Source: Acidimicrobiia bacterium (lineage in GTDB: Bacteria > Actinomycetota > Acidimicrobiia > Spongiisociales > ZC4RG35). From it: a DNA stretch of 47,033 bases. The notes beneath the pieces were generated by a model. That model saw only the letters and a program-made list of their open reading frames with translations. It had not been told where the DNA came from and searched no databases. Made by a program: the position numbers and the translations under genes. Position 1 is the first letter of the stretch, and each line of letters begins with the position of its first letter. This document shows, one piece after another, positions 20,974 through 28,936 of the stretch. The stretch spans positions 1-47,033 of the forward strand of contig DATKCM010000067.1 of assembly GCA_035513195.1 (NCBI GenBank), given 5' to 3'.

Positions 20974-21528
20974 TCATTCAGTTCGTGTCGACTTGGCCAG
21001 GGTGGCGAGGACACCGTTGATGAATGCGCCGCTGCGCCCGGTTGAGTAGGTGTTGGCGAGGCGCACGGCCTCGGAAACCACGACGGCGGTCGGCGTCTCG
21101 GGGTCATTCCGCAACTCCCAGAGACCGAGCCGCAGGATCGCTCGATCGAGCAGAGGCATTCGGGCCACAGACCAGTGCTGGGACGCCTCCTCGATGTCGT
21201 GGTCGAGCGATTCCGCCTCAGCCATCACACCGGTCACCATACGGTGGACGCGAGGAGGGATGCCTTCGCGCACCTGATCGGGCGATCTTGTGTCGATCTC
21301 ATAGAGACATTCGAGAGCGAGATCGCGGGGCTCGACATGAACCTCGAAACCAAGAGCCCTCGCCGTCTCGGTCGCGAGGCTGGCATCTATCAGGTCACCC
21401 GGCATATCTGGCTCCCCCCGTGCAGTTAGCACAGCCTGAACCGCTGACACGTCGAGCCCGAGCAATTCAGCCAATTGTGACGCTGTGACCCTCGCCGGGA
21501 TCGTCAGCTGGGCCGCGCCATCACTCAT
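20974..21528 (-). CDS. nusB: transcription antitermination factor NusB with an N-terminal IF2_N-like extension
   Basis: The C-terminal ~125 aa are NusB (RDLALECLYEID, LLDRAILRLGLWEL, AVRLANTYS, FINGVLA). The ATG at 21528 overlaps the efp stop (ATGA). Confidence 0.9.
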   Translation of the reverse strand: MSDGAAQLTIPARVTASQLAELLGLDVSAVQAVLTARGEPDMPGDLIDASLATETARALGFEVHVEPRDLALECLYEIDTRSPDQVREGIPPRVHRMVTGVMAEAESLDHDIEEASQHWSVARMPLLDRAILRLGLWELRNDPETPTAVVVSEAVRLANTYSTGRSGAFINGVLATLAKSTRTE

Positions 21529-22082
21529 ACCCGGGTCTGATAATCACCCGTGCGGGTATCGACTCTGATTCGATCACCTTGCTCGATGAACAAAGGAACC
21601 TGCACCTCGTGCCCGGTCTGGGTGGTGACCAGCTTCGATGCCCCGGTTCTGGTATCACCTTTGACAGCAGGTTCTGCATACGACACTTCGAGCTCAACTG
21701 ATGGGGGCAACTCAACACCGATTGGCGTGCCGCGATAAATAGCAAGACTGACGTTGGCACCTTCGACCAAGAACCGGGCAGCGCCACCGACCTCATCGGG
21801 CCCAACCGCGATCTGCCCGTAATCATCCAGGTTCATGAAGTGGTAGCCGACATCGTCCCGGTACAGGTACTGGTACTCGCTACGGTCGATAATCGCCTGA
21901 CTCACATTCTCATCAGCCCGGAAGGTGCGATCGAGCACCTGTCCGGTTTCCACCTTCTTCAGTTTCATCCGGACAAAAGCTTTGCCCTTGCCGGGCTTGA
22001 CATGTTGATACTCGACGATGGTGAAGAGCCCATCGTCGAGTTGCAATGCCATCCCGGGCTTAACGTCATTGGTGCTGATCAT
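21525..22082 (-). CDS. efp: elongation factor P
   Basis: 185 aa. It contains HVKPGKGKAFVRMKLK, sits in the efp-nusB context, and has the full three-domain length. Confidence 0.96.
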   Translation of the reverse strand: MISTNDVKPGMALQLDDGLFTIVEYQHVKPGKGKAFVRMKLKKVETGQVLDRTFRADENVSQAIIDRSEYQYLYRDDVGYHFMNLDDYGQIAVGPDEVGGAARFLVEGANVSLAIYRGTPIGVELPPSVELEVSYAEPAVKGDTRTGASKLVTTQTGHEVQVPLFIEQGDRIRVDTRTGDYQTRV

Positions 22083-22122
22083 CCTGGATCCTCATGAGTT
22101 CGAGGCGTTGACGGTACCCATG

Positions 22123-23145
22123 TCAAAGCCCTATCGCCCGTAGGGCGACCTCTGTGGACCCGTCGTCGATGTGCCTGATGATGGGTCGCCCAACGGCTTC
22201 GAGGAGCACCATCCTCACCCCATCTCGGTCACGTTTCTTGTCAACCGCCATGAGGTCTCTCACCCGGTTCGGGTCGAGGCCTTCCACAGAGGTCGAAAGC
22301 CCGATGCCTGCAATGATGCTGACGACGCGGGACCTCTCAGTGAATCCCACATCGAACTCCGAGACTGCCGCCGCAGCGACCATTCCTACCCCCACGGCCG
22401 AACCGTGGCTGAGTGATGAGGCGTACTCGACGGCGTGGCCAACGGTATGACCGAAGTTGAGCATCGCCCGCTCGGACACTTCGCGGGGATCCTCACCTAC
22501 GTAACGGGCTTTGACCTTGATTGCAGCCGGGACCACCATCTCCAGAGGCGCATCCCGGCCCTTGTTCTCGATCAGTTCGACCAGTTCTACATCGCCAACC
22601 AAACCGGCCTTAAGCGCCTCAGCCATCCCGTCCAACAAAAGCGGAGAAGGGAGGTCTTCCAGGACATCGAGGTCGACGACGACCCGCGTGGGATCCCAGA
22701 ACAAGCCGACGAGATTCTTTCCGGTGTGGTTGACGCCCGTCTTTCCTCCGATGGAGGCGTCAACAGCAGCCAGCAGCGTCGTCGGGAAATGGACAACCTC
22801 CACGCCCCTCATCCAGGTCCCCGCAACAAATCCGGCGAGGTCTGTGACCGCTCCACCGCCAACGCCGATCACGGTGTCGTTGCGACCGAGGCCCATCTTC
22901 GAGAAGCGCTCGTACAGAGTTGCGGCAACGCCGAGAGTTTTTGCCTGGTCTCTATCGGGCACGCCGAGGACATCAACATCGAGGCCATCACCCTTCAGGA
23001 TCCGGGAGATGCGGACGGCGTGCCGGCTCGCGCCGGGTTGGGTGATGATCGCCACCCTGCGTCTGCCCTCTCGCTCTGGCAGCAGCGAGCCCCCGAGCCC
23101 GGAGACGATGCGGACGCTGCTCGCGCCTACCTTCAGCTCTTCCAC
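22123..23145 (-). CDS. aroB: 3-dehydroquinate synthase
   Basis: 340 aa. Signatures include GGGAVTDLAGFVA and GHTVGHA. It uses a GTG start with a 13-nt overlap onto aroK. Confidence 0.94.
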   Translation of the reverse strand: MEELKVGASSVRIVSGLGGSLLPEREGRRRVAIITQPGASRHAVRISRILKGDGLDVDVLGVPDRDQAKTLGVAATLYERFSKMGLGRNDTVIGVGGGAVTDLAGFVAGTWMRGVEVVHFPTTLLAAVDASIGGKTGVNHTGKNLVGLFWDPTRVVVDLDVLEDLPSPLLLDGMAEALKAGLVGDVELVELIENKGRDAPLEMVVPAAIKVKARYVGEDPREVSERAMLNFGHTVGHAVEYASSLSHGSAVGVGMVAAAAVSEFDVGFTERSRVVSIIAGIGLSTSVEGLDPNRVRDLMAVDKKRDRDGVRMVLLEAVGRPIIRHIDDGSTEVALRAIGL

Positions 23146-23639
23146 AACTCCCCGATCTCGGATGCGATATCAGTCGGAGACCGGCCGTCGACATCGATAG
23201 TGTGATCGGCAAGAGCACGGTAAGTCCCGCTGCTGCGTATCGCCACATCGCGAAGAGTCGCTTCCAGGTCGTCACCCGCGTCGAGAATGGGACGGCCAAC
23301 CATTCCCGTCAACCTCTCCACGAGCTCTGCAGGCTGGGCCCGAAGCCAGACAACAGTTCCGCTGGTGGAGATGAGGCGTCTGGTGGCGGGATCGGAAATT
23401 GCCGCATTCCCGGTGGCGACCACTCCCGAGCCCTCCCGCGCCATGTCCACAATGACGTCTGCCTCGATGGAGCTGAACAGCTCTTCACCACCCTGAGCCC
23501 AAACCTCGGCGATGCTCATGCCTGTGCGCTCCTCGACCTCGGCATCGGTGTCTCGAAACGCACTCCCGGATGCGTCTGCCACAAGCCGGCCCACAGTGGT
23601 CTTGCCGCTTCCCATCATCCCGATGAGCCAGAGGATCAT
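23133..23639 (-). CDS. aroK: shikimate kinase
   Basis: The ATG at 23639 (MILWLIGMMGSGKTTVGR) overlaps the aroC stop (ATGA). The longer ORF-track N-terminus overlaps aroC. Confidence 0.92.
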   Translation of the reverse strand: MILWLIGMMGSGKTTVGRLVADASGSAFRDTDAEVEERTGMSIAEVWAQGGEELFSSIEADVIVDMAREGSGVVATGNAAISDPATRRLISTSGTVVWLRAQPAELVERLTGMVGRPILDAGDDLEATLRDVAIRSSGTYRALADHTIDVDGRSPTDIASEIGELWKS

Positions 23640-24796
23640 TGTTCGAGACGACGGCTGACTCGCTCCCGATAGCCGCGCACCGACTCGATTAGTTCGCCGA
23701 TCGTGTCGCCGCCGAACTTCTTCATCACCTCGCAGGCGATCACCCAGGCGACCATCTGCTCGCCCACGACTGCTGCCGCAGGGACAGCGCAAACATCGGA
23801 CCGCTCTCTGACGGCCACTGCCTCGTCGCCGGTATCCATATCCACCGTCTGGAGCGGCCTCATCAGGGTCGAGATCGGCTTCATCGCTGCTCGCACCCTG
23901 AGGACCTCGCCGTTGCTGACACCGCCCTCCACCCCGCCAGCTCGATTGGTCAGGCGGCCGGTCGAGCCGTTGGCTTTCACGATCTCGTCGTGGGCAGTCG
24001 AGCCCGGTCCCACTGCCACCTCGAACCCGTCACCGATCTCAACTCCTTTGATCGCCGGAATTGACATCATTGCCCCTGCCAGGGCGGCGTCGAGTCGTCG
24101 GTCGTAATGGACATATGACCCCAGACCGATCGGGACCCCGAAGCCAGCCACCTCAAAGATCCCGCCGAGTGTGTCCTTCTCTTCCGTCGCGCGGTCGATC
24201 AGAGCGACCATCTCGGCCGAGGCGTCGCTATCGAGACATCGCACCGGGTCGGCGTCGACACCGTCGAAGTCCGGGAGCTCGAACCCTCCGGGCTTGGCGA
24301 TTGCGTCACCGATGGCGACGACGTGGCTCCTCACGTCGACCCCGATTTCACCGAGGAGAAGCTTGGCGAGGTGGCCGGCCACCGTCCTTGCCGCGGTCTC
24401 CCGCGCCGATGCCCTCTCCAGCACGTCACGCGCGTCGGTGGTGTCGTATTTCACCATCCCGGCGAGATCGGCGTGCCCGGGCCTGGGCCTGGTAACACGG
24501 CCGATCTCCTCGTCAACGGCGGTTACCGACATCGGTCGCGACCACTTCTCCGCCTCCGAATTCCGGACGACTACAGCAACGGGAGATCCGAGCGTTCTCC
24601 CATGCCGGATGCCGCCGATGATTTCAACCTCGTCCTGTTCGATCTTCATTCGACCCCCGCGCCCATGACCGAGCCTCCTCCGGGAGAGCTCGTGGCTCAG
24701 GGACTCCGCGGTGAATTCGAGGCCTTTCGGGAGGCCCTCGACGATGGTCACCAGCCCGGGCCCATGGGACTCGCCGGCAGTCAGGAATCGGAGCAT
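23636..24796 (-). CDS. aroC: chorismate synthase
   Basis: 386 aa. Signatures include MLRFLTAGESHGPGL, GRSSARET-like ERASARETAARV and the RERSDVCAVPAA region. Confidence 0.96.
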   Translation of the reverse strand: MLRFLTAGESHGPGLVTIVEGLPKGLEFTAESLSHELSRRRLGHGRGGRMKIEQDEVEIIGGIRHGRTLGSPVAVVVRNSEAEKWSRPMSVTAVDEEIGRVTRPRPGHADLAGMVKYDTTDARDVLERASARETAARTVAGHLAKLLLGEIGVDVRSHVVAIGDAIAKPGGFELPDFDGVDADPVRCLDSDASAEMVALIDRATEEKDTLGGIFEVAGFGVPIGLGSYVHYDRRLDAALAGAMMSIPAIKGVEIGDGFEVAVGPGSTAHDEIVKANGSTGRLTNRAGGVEGGVSNGEVLRVRAAMKPISTLMRPLQTVDMDTGDEAVAVRERSDVCAVPAAAVVGEQMVAWVIACEVMKKFGGDTIGELIESVRGYRERVSRRLEQ

Positions 24797-24818
24797 ATAG
24801 AGAATGCTACGACGTAAT

Positions 24819-25535
24819 TCAAAAGGCGCTAATCCCGACCGAGACGATCGCTAGCCATGCACCAAGAATCATGGCCGGCCCGTATGGCAGCTCTGAATCT
24901 CGCTTCGCCTCAGAGAACAAGAGGACAGCGACGGCCAGGATCCCGCCGATGAATGCAGTGGCGATCACCGAACGGGCCAGGATGGTCCAGGAAAAGTAGG
25001 TTGCGAAGACCCCGAGGAGCGGCGCGAGTTTGACATCACCCGCCCCGAAACCCTTTCCCCTGGCAAGTACGAAAAGGACCAACGCGCCTGCAAAGTAGGC
25101 GGCTCCTCCGCCCAGGCTTCGCCAGTAGGCGGGAAGCTCGTCAACAACCAAAGCGACCAATCCGAGGGCCAGCACCAGCAAGGCAGATCCCCGGAGGTTA
25201 AGCCGATCCACGATCCGCATCTCGTCGATGTCGGTGAGCATCAAGGACGTGGTCAGCAACAGAAACCCACCAAACGGGATTGAGATCCAGGTCGTGCCGA
25301 GGGTGTGAACAAAGCCCACGCTGACAAGAGCTGCGGCGGCCACAACCAGGAATTCTCTCCCCTGACGTCGACCGCAGTCCGGACAACGAAACTGCAACCA
25401 TCCTCGTCGATAGCCACAGCGGGGACACGTGCCGACCAGCGGCTGCAGGGGTTTGTCCTTGAGCGCCTGAGCTGCCAGGTCGTGGGCGACAAGGCCGATC
25501 AATGCGCCAACAATCGCGGCCAGCGTGACGATCAC
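24819..25535 (-). CDS. A24-family prepilin (type IV leader) peptidase
   Basis: 238 aa, polytopic. It has an N-terminal CxxC..CxxC (CPRCG...CPDCG), a catalytic Asp context (LTDIDEMRIV) and GFGAGDVKLAPLLG. Confidence 0.85.
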   Translation of the reverse strand: MIVTLAAIVGALIGLVAHDLAAQALKDKPLQPLVGTCPRCGYRRGWLQFRCPDCGRRQGREFLVVAAAALVSVGFVHTLGTTWISIPFGGFLLLTTSLMLTDIDEMRIVDRLNLRGSALLVLALGLVALVVDELPAYWRSLGGGAAYFAGALVLFVLARGKGFGAGDVKLAPLLGVFATYFSWTILARSVIATAFIGGILAVAVLLFSEAKRDSELPYGPAMILGAWLAIVSVGISAF

Positions 25536-25584
25536 GGAATTGGAAGCTAGCCGCTATCAGCCAAGAGCCGCGGCCGGCTGGAAA

Positions 25585-26586
25585 TTATTCTTCGCCGAGC
25601 TCGCGGAGAATCGAACCCATGCGGCGACGGCGCATCAAGCCGTGGCCATCCTCTTCAGAAGGTTTGCTTACGACGTCCGAGAAGACCTTCTCGAGGAAAG
25701 CCTCGGTGTCTTCCGCATCCTCGGAAGGCTCGCTTGCATCTGCCGTCCCTTCGGTTCCGATGTCGTCGGATTCAGCGGCCGGCACCTCTATGTCAACATG
25801 ATCCTCCGAGACAGCTGTGCTGACCGGCTCGGTTTCGGGTTCATCCCACCAGGAGCGGTCCGGCTCTATCTCCGATTCGACCGGCGACACCGGCTCGTCC
25901 TCGTAAACAGCGGCGACGACCTCGTCCTCGATCGGGGCGCGGCTGTCCGCGACCAGGAGGTCGTTGTCCACCATGGAGGCGGCGACGCTCGCCACAGCGA
26001 AGTCGGTTGTACCGAGCCGGGCGGCGAGGTCCTTGACAGAAGCACCTGATCCGATCTCACTCATGAGCCGCCATGACTCGCGATCGAGCTCGACTGTCTC
26101 CCTGGTGAGCGACCGATTCATCCTCAGGGTCGACTCGAGGTCGGAAACTCTGGTCGTGACCTTCTCCCATTGCTCGGCACGCTTACGGCTGTCGTCGAGA
26201 ATCCTCTCTAAATCGAATGGCTCGGGAGACGCATAGGGACTCTTTGCGTCGCTTATTACCTGGAAATCCGCCTCGTCTGCGTCCATGCGGTAGAGGCTCT
26301 CCACAGTCATCTCGCGGACCAGCGCAATCAGGTCATCATTGAAGGGAACGGTATCTTCGGGCCGGGTTGCGGCGTCCGCTGGCTTGAGGTAGCCCGAGCT
26401 GATCAGGTGGTCCCTCAGGTCCAGGTCGTCAAGAGTGGTGGCGAGGCCAATTCCCTCCCCGGCAACGAAGATCCGTCCGCTGGTATTTCCACTGGTAATC
26501 TCGACGACTCCCACGTTGCGGGCACGCGCGAGAAGCCGGAGTACCTCGTCAAGAGGCACAAATCCCAAGTTACCTGAAAGAGTCAT
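25585..26586 (-). CDS. PATAN/DUF4388-domain protein with a central HTH-like segment and a long acidic C-terminal tail
   Basis: The ATG at 26586 has an AAGGAGTGGAG SD 6 nt upstream. The N-terminus (LSGNLGFVPLDEVLRLLARARNVGVVEI...GRIFVAGE) fits DUF4388. The middle segment ASVKDLAARLGTTDFAVASVAASMVDNDLL looks like an HTH. The C-terminal third is Asp/Glu/Ser/Pro-rich. Confidence 0.7.
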   Translation of the reverse strand: MTLSGNLGFVPLDEVLRLLARARNVGVVEITSGNTSGRIFVAGEGIGLATTLDDLDLRDHLISSGYLKPADAATRPEDTVPFNDDLIALVREMTVESLYRMDADEADFQVISDAKSPYASPEPFDLERILDDSRKRAEQWEKVTTRVSDLESTLRMNRSLTRETVELDRESWRLMSEIGSGASVKDLAARLGTTDFAVASVAASMVDNDLLVADSRAPIEDEVVAAVYEDEPVSPVESEIEPDRSWWDEPETEPVSTAVSEDHVDIEVPAAESDDIGTEGTADASEPSEDAEDTEAFLEKVFSDVVSKPSEEDGHGLMRRRRMGSILRELGEE

Positions 26587-26648
26587 CGTTCGCTCCACTC
26601 CTTGATGAAAGAGGCGTAACCAAAGTTTCGGCCTCACCGGATCATCCT

Positions 26649-27413
26649 TTAGCCATTTTTGGCGGCTGCAATCATGGTAGATAGAGCCACCGGGACCCCG
26701 GTCCACCAGTGGAAAGACTCCGCCGCCTGCACCGCAAGAAACTCATATCCATCCACGACGGGAAGCCCGTTCCTGTTGGCCCACGATACTGCCGGGGTCT
26801 CCCCGTACCCGTAGGGCAAGTCGATCAACCCTCCGGCCTTTTCGAGAAGCATGGCGGGGAGAGGCTCACCCTTCATCCCGAGAGGTGTGCAGTTGACGAG
26901 CGCAGCTCCTGCCGGCGAGTCCTCAAAGGGAAAAATGCGGCCGGGAAACTGGATTTTTAGTGACTCGATCTTCTCCGCGCTTCTCCCCCAGGCGTAAACC
27001 GGGCCATTAAAGGCGGCGAGTGCGGCGCGAGCTGATCCGCCGGTGCCCATAAGAGTGATGCTCTTCGGGTTTCCCATATCAACGATTGCCTTTCTGAAGG
27101 CCACGACGTCCGAGGAATGCCCCCAGATCATGGAGTCTGCCACCTTCATGCTATTCACCGAGTTGGCCACACCGGCCTCGGCGGTCAGGCCATCACAGAG
27201 GGAGTAGGCGAGGCGCTTGTGTGGCATGGTGACGTTGAGCCCCGAGTACGCCCCATCCTTCAGTTTGTCGACGAGGCTGCGGAATCCAGCCGGGTCGCAC
27301 CGGAACAACTCATAGCCACCTTTGAGGCCGGCCTCCGCAAGTGCTGCACGATGCATCGCCGGTGACAGGCTGTGCGCGACCGGGTCACCGGCTAGAGCGA
27401 ACCTGAATTCCAT
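26649..27413 (-). CDS. aroE: shikimate dehydrogenase
   Basis: MEFRFALAGDPVAHSLSPAMH matches the AroE N-terminus, followed by NVTMPHK and GTGGSARA. An alternative GTG start lies at 27443. Confidence 0.9.
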   Translation of the reverse strand: MEFRFALAGDPVAHSLSPAMHRAALAEAGLKGGYELFRCDPAGFRSLVDKLKDGAYSGLNVTMPHKRLAYSLCDGLTAEAGVANSVNSMKVADSMIWGHSSDVVAFRKAIVDMGNPKSITLMGTGGSARAALAAFNGPVYAWGRSAEKIESLKIQFPGRIFPFEDSPAGAALVNCTPLGMKGEPLPAMLLEKAGGLIDLPYGYGETPAVSWANRNGLPVVDGYEFLAVQAAESFHWWTGVPVALSTMIAAAKNG

Positions 27414-27443
27414 TGGAGAAAGTCTGGCAGGTACCAGTGCCAC

Positions 27444-28538
27444 TCAGGGAAGGACCCCGTCGGCACGCGCTTGGGCAACGTTGGCATTGTGCTCCTCGAG
27501 AGTGGCGGCAAATGCATGATGCCCTTCAAGGTCTGAAAGCACATAGAAGAGGAAGTCAGTCACTTCGGGTGCCGCCGCGGCTTCCAGCGAGGCCCTTCCG
27601 GGCGCTGCGATCGGGGTTGGCGGCAATCCGTTGACGAGGTATGTGTTGTACGGCGAGTCGATTTCCCGATTGAAATCTGCGATATCCCGCGATCCCACGG
27701 CATAGAGCACGGTCGCGTCGATGTCGAGCTTCATCCCCAGCTCGAGTCGATTATGGAGAACACTGGAGACAACGGGCCGCTCGATATCGAGGAGAACCTC
27801 GGTCTCGATGAGCGAAGCGATTATGACACCCTCATACACCGTGAACCCGAGCTCTTCGACAGCAGACCAATCGATGCTGTCCACCCGTTGTTCCATCGTC
27901 GAAGCCATCCTCTGCAGGATGTCAGCGGCACTTGCTGAACGGGTGAATTCATAGGTATCGGGAAAAAGGAGACCCTCCCAGTCGACCAGTGCCTCTGCGT
28001 CCGGTGCGAGGGAGGACGTCACATCTCCCGACGACAGCGCATCTTCGAATTCGCCGTAATCAATGCCACTGCTCTCAGCCAAAGATGTGAGGATCTCCTC
28101 GACGCGAAGGCCCTCGATCACGGTCACGCGATATACGTCAGCAACCGGGCCGACGACAAGCACAGCCACGACTTCGGCGGGATCCATCAGAGTCGTCATC
28201 CTGTACGTGCCCGCTTTCAGGTCGGAGGCGGCGTCAGAGTTACGTGCGGCCACCTCGAACTCGAGGGCAGACTTCACAACACCGTTCGCCGCAAGGATTG
28301 CCCCTATCTCCTGCGCTGAGGATCCGGCGGGGATGTCGACGGTCACCTCCTGACCCGGCTGGACGTTGACGGGATTGTCTGGTTCACCGTCGTCTCCGAC
28401 AGCCAGGCCGACCTGGCGCCCCAGGTATGAGGCTCCGCCGACGACAGCAATACCCGCGAGGATCACGACGGCGGCGATCGTGAGGATCTTGACCATGCGT
28501 ATGGCGGGTTTGGGCTCGGGCGTGTTTTCAAATGTCAT
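27444..28538 (-). CDS. mltG: endolytic murein transglycosylase MltG (YceG-like)
   Basis: 364 aa with one N-terminal TM helix and a YceG domain (ASLIETE, NTYLVNGLPPTPIAAPG). Confidence 0.92.
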   Translation of the reverse strand: MTFENTPEPKPAIRMVKILTIAAVVILAGIAVVGGASYLGRQVGLAVGDDGEPDNPVNVQPGQEVTVDIPAGSSAQEIGAILAANGVVKSALEFEVAARNSDAASDLKAGTYRMTTLMDPAEVVAVLVVGPVADVYRVTVIEGLRVEEILTSLAESSGIDYGEFEDALSSGDVTSSLAPDAEALVDWEGLLFPDTYEFTRSASAADILQRMASTMEQRVDSIDWSAVEELGFTVYEGVIIASLIETEVLLDIERPVVSSVLHNRLELGMKLDIDATVLYAVGSRDIADFNREIDSPYNTYLVNGLPPTPIAAPGRASLEAAAAPEVTDFLFYVLSDLEGHHAFAATLEEHNANVAQARADGVLP

Positions 28539-28936
28539 TGGTTGTCCAAGTAGTCCTGGAGGATGATCGCCGCTGCGATCTTGTCCACCTTCTGACGCCG
28601 ATCTCGCCGCTTCATGCCGTGAGCCAGCAGGGTCGACTCCGCCATGCGAGAGGTGAAACGTTCATCGTGATAGACGACCGGTAGATCAGTGGCATTGTGA
28701 AGGTCCTTTCCGAGTGTCCTCGCCTCTTCAGCGGAGGGACCCTCATGGCCTCCAAGGGTGGTCGGAAGACCTACGACGATTTTAGCGACGTCCATGTCTT
28801 TAACCACCCCCGCGACGAATTCGACGACCCGGTCACGGGGCACAACTTCGAGGGGCGACGCCATCAACCCCAGGCTGTCGGACACCGCTATACCCACCCG
28901 CTTCGTGCCGAAATCCACAGCGAGCACACGACTCAC
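28535..28936 (-). CDS. ruvX: putative pre-16S rRNA nuclease / Holliday junction resolvase-like RuvX (YqgF)
   Basis: 133 aa. Signatures include VLAVDFGTKRVGIAVSD and DERFTS. The GTG start was checked at 28936..28934. Confidence 0.92.
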   Translation of the reverse strand: MSRVLAVDFGTKRVGIAVSDSLGLMASPLEVVPRDRVVEFVAGVVKDMDVAKIVVGLPTTLGGHEGPSAEEARTLGKDLHNATDLPVVYHDERFTSRMAESTLLAHGMKRRDRRQKVDKIAAAIILQDYLDNQ

